A stretch of 44,509 nucleotides of DNA from a phage. The notes beneath the pieces are model-generated. The model was given only the letters and a program-made list of their open reading frames with translations. It did no database searches and was not told where the DNA came from. Numbering within the stretch: the first letter of the stretch is position 1; each line of letters opens with the position of its first letter. A program made the translations under genes and the position numbers. The DNA is taken from sequence record PZ049723.1, one strand, 5' to 3'. Shown here one piece after another: positions 42,872-44,509 of the stretch.

Positions 42872-44443
42872 TTATTTCTCCGCCAACTTACTTTCTAAGG
42901 CCTCAATCTTCGCCGCCAAATGCTGAACAGTCGCGACAAGGTCAAGTAGCAGGACGTTTTCGTCTAATGCCAGAAACTCTTTACCAGTTGCGTCGGCGTA
43001 CTTGCGAACATACTGCGGGTCGATCTCTTCCAACTGCTGCGCGATAAAACCACGTCTGACCGTTTCCTTTTTGTCGTAATTATAAACAAAGGAAGAGTAT
43101 TCCATAGCCATGACGTTAGTGTATGCAACTTGAGTATCGATCCGGGCGATATCATGCTTCAGCGCCCTGTCGGATACCGGGGATTTTGAGAAAATATAGT
43201 TAACCGACCCAGTGTTGTTGCCGAAGGTAATATCGTATGACTCGGCGTTAAAGAAAGTATTCCGAATGATATCGCCGTTAGGCTGTATTCCTGACGCCAT
43301 ATCATAGTCATAGACCTGCGAAATCATAGCGTTAGGGTGTGACGACACCGATGTGGGGTGGATCAACGCCCCGAACGAAATAAAGTTACGCCACCCGCCA
43401 CCAGTCGCACCAGTGCCGCCGCCGACAAAACCTACGTGACCCGAGTATTGACCGTTATTCCATGTATTCGCGAGGGTGACGTAGGTATTACCAGGCGACG
43501 CCCCGGTGGACGCTGGATTCAATCCTTTGTTAAAGATGATCTTGCCATCATATTTAAAGTCCCACGACGGCGAGGTGCTTGGATCGAGGGCGTTAACGGT
43601 TGCCAAACGGGTCCAGATGTCTACGTTATTACGCCCCTGAATCTGAAGCGATGTTCTGTATTTTTCGCCCCCGGCAACGAACACAGATGAGTCAAATCGA
43701 CCGCCGTATACTTCTGTGCCATTCGCCGGATCTGAAGCGTAATTATTGCGTAAACCCCATAGTCCCACGTCATCAAGACCGCGCCACACCCACCCTTTAG
43801 TCGCAGAGTCAAGAGGGTCGACTGGGTCCGCGCCTACGCGAAGCGGTCCTGACGGCATAAGGTTAGCCCACGACGCACTTTTGTCCGCAAGCCCGGCGAG
43901 GTTGCCGGATTTGGTTAGCAGATTGTCTGGGTTTACGCTTTGCGCCCATTCTTCGGCCTCATTGCGAAATCCTTGCGCTGCTGCTTCTGATGCCGCGGCT
44001 TGTTGTTGCAGGTTGCGCATTTCAACGGGGTCAACTTCCTTCAGCAATTGCGAAAGATAGCCCCACGACATACCCTGCATAACTTGCCCGTTCGGCAGCG
44101 TTACCGTGATTTCCTCAGCGTCACCGAAGATTGCACGCCAGTTGTTTTCGTCCGCGATCATCAAGCGCAATGCTTTCTGTGCCTGGACTGTTACGCCCAT
44201 CGTCGCCAGTGACATGGTATCGCGCGCAACGCCATCCCAGGCAAGGCCGGTTGCCGTGGGGCCGTCGAACGGCAGCACCAGCGTAAGCGCGGTGTCGCTT
44301 TCGACGGACGCGATAGCAACAGTGTAAGGGACTTGCCCCACCACCAGCGTTAAGAAGTCGCCAGCTTTAAACGCGGTGAACGTCGTGCCTACCCCGACAA
44401 CCGCCTTGCTGTTATTCGTTACGGATAGTGTACCCGCTGCCAT
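42872..44443 (-). CDS. Tail fibre protein with C-terminal intramolecular chaperone (peptidase S74-type) domain
   Basis: ATG at 44443 with GAGGA RBS (an upstream in-frame ATG at 44470 lies inside a TTGGTTGCA motif); C-terminal RGFIAQQLEEIDPQYV ... LAAKIEALESKLAEK matches the chaperone-domain signature. Confidence 0.7.
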   Translation of the reverse strand: MAAGTLSVTNNSKAVVGVGTTFTAFKAGDFLTLVVGQVPYTVAIASVESDTALTLVLPFDGPTATGLAWDGVARDTMSLATMGVTVQAQKALRLMIADENNWRAIFGDAEEITVTLPNGQVMQGMSWGYLSQLLKEVDPVEMRNLQQQAAASEAAAQGFRNEAEEWAQSVNPDNLLTKSGNLAGLADKSASWANLMPSGPLRVGADPVDPLDSATKGWVWRGLDDVGLWGLRNNYASDPANGTEVYGGRFDSSVFVAGGEKYRTSLQIQGRNNVDIWTRLATVNALDPSTSPSWDFKYDGKIIFNKGLNPASTGASPGNTYVTLANTWNNGQYSGHVGFVGGGTGATGGGWRNFISFGALIHPTSVSSHPNAMISQVYDYDMASGIQPNGDIIRNTFFNAESYDITFGNNTGSVNYIFSKSPVSDRALKHDIARIDTQVAYTNVMAMEYSSFVYNYDKKETVRRGFIAQQLEEIDPQYVRKYADATGKEFLALDENVLLLDLVATVQHLAAKIEALESKLAEK

Positions 44444-44509
44444 AGCTGAATCCTCATAAATTGGTTGCATTCTTGGTCGAGCGGTGCAATACTAAAACTC
44501 AACCAAATA

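Noticed and set aside
1-44509. Lysogeny module (integrase, CI-like repressor, attP) or transposase
   Set aside because: No recombinase or transposase motifs seen in any frame; HTH proteins present are small regulators. Temperate lifestyle cannot be excluded, but there is no positive evidence.

Overview
The window reads as a complete or near-complete genome of a tailed dsDNA phage (siphovirus-type), about 44.5 kb. Coordinates 254-23135 on the minus strand hold a lambda-like morphogenesis module: small and large terminase, portal, head morphogenesis protein, overlapped spanins, scaffold, major capsid, head-tail joining proteins, major tail protein, G/G-T chaperone with a canonical -1 slippery site, tape measure, gpM/L/K/I-like proteins and a 1139-aa J-like tip protein. 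Coordinates 23374-30036 on the minus strand hold the lysis cassette (holins, GH24-like endolysin), several small unknowns, a primase-like ORF and Zn-finger/RecA-fold helicase that overlap out of frame, and HTH regulators. Coordinates 30438-42844 on the plus strand hold an early/replication module: an acidic tandem-repeat protein, a DUF2800-like nuclease, an SSB-like protein, family-A DNA polymerase, VRR-NUC nuclease, SNF2 helicase, a short C5-MTase-like protein, an HNH-like protein, Dam-like methylase and a HAD phosphatase. A separate tail fiber with a C-terminal S74-type chaperone domain (42872-44443, minus) faces a lipoprotein gene at the window start. No tRNA, CRISPR array, integrase or transposase was recognised. 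The most unusual signals are non-coding: a duplicated ~190-bp element (a 55-nt GC-rich stem-loop plus GTCCCGC heptamer arrays and TATGCA palindromes) at 10160-10480 and 27166-27351, and a 9-bp motif TTGGTTGCA/TGCAACCAA recurring at about 20 intergenic sites and embedded in promoter-like sequences. All product calls come from motifs read by eye in the translations; no database search was run, and coordinates were checked by hand against the printed sequence. Where the ORF track began at a GTG/TTG codon, starts were moved to the nearest ATG with a Shine-Dalgarno sequence.
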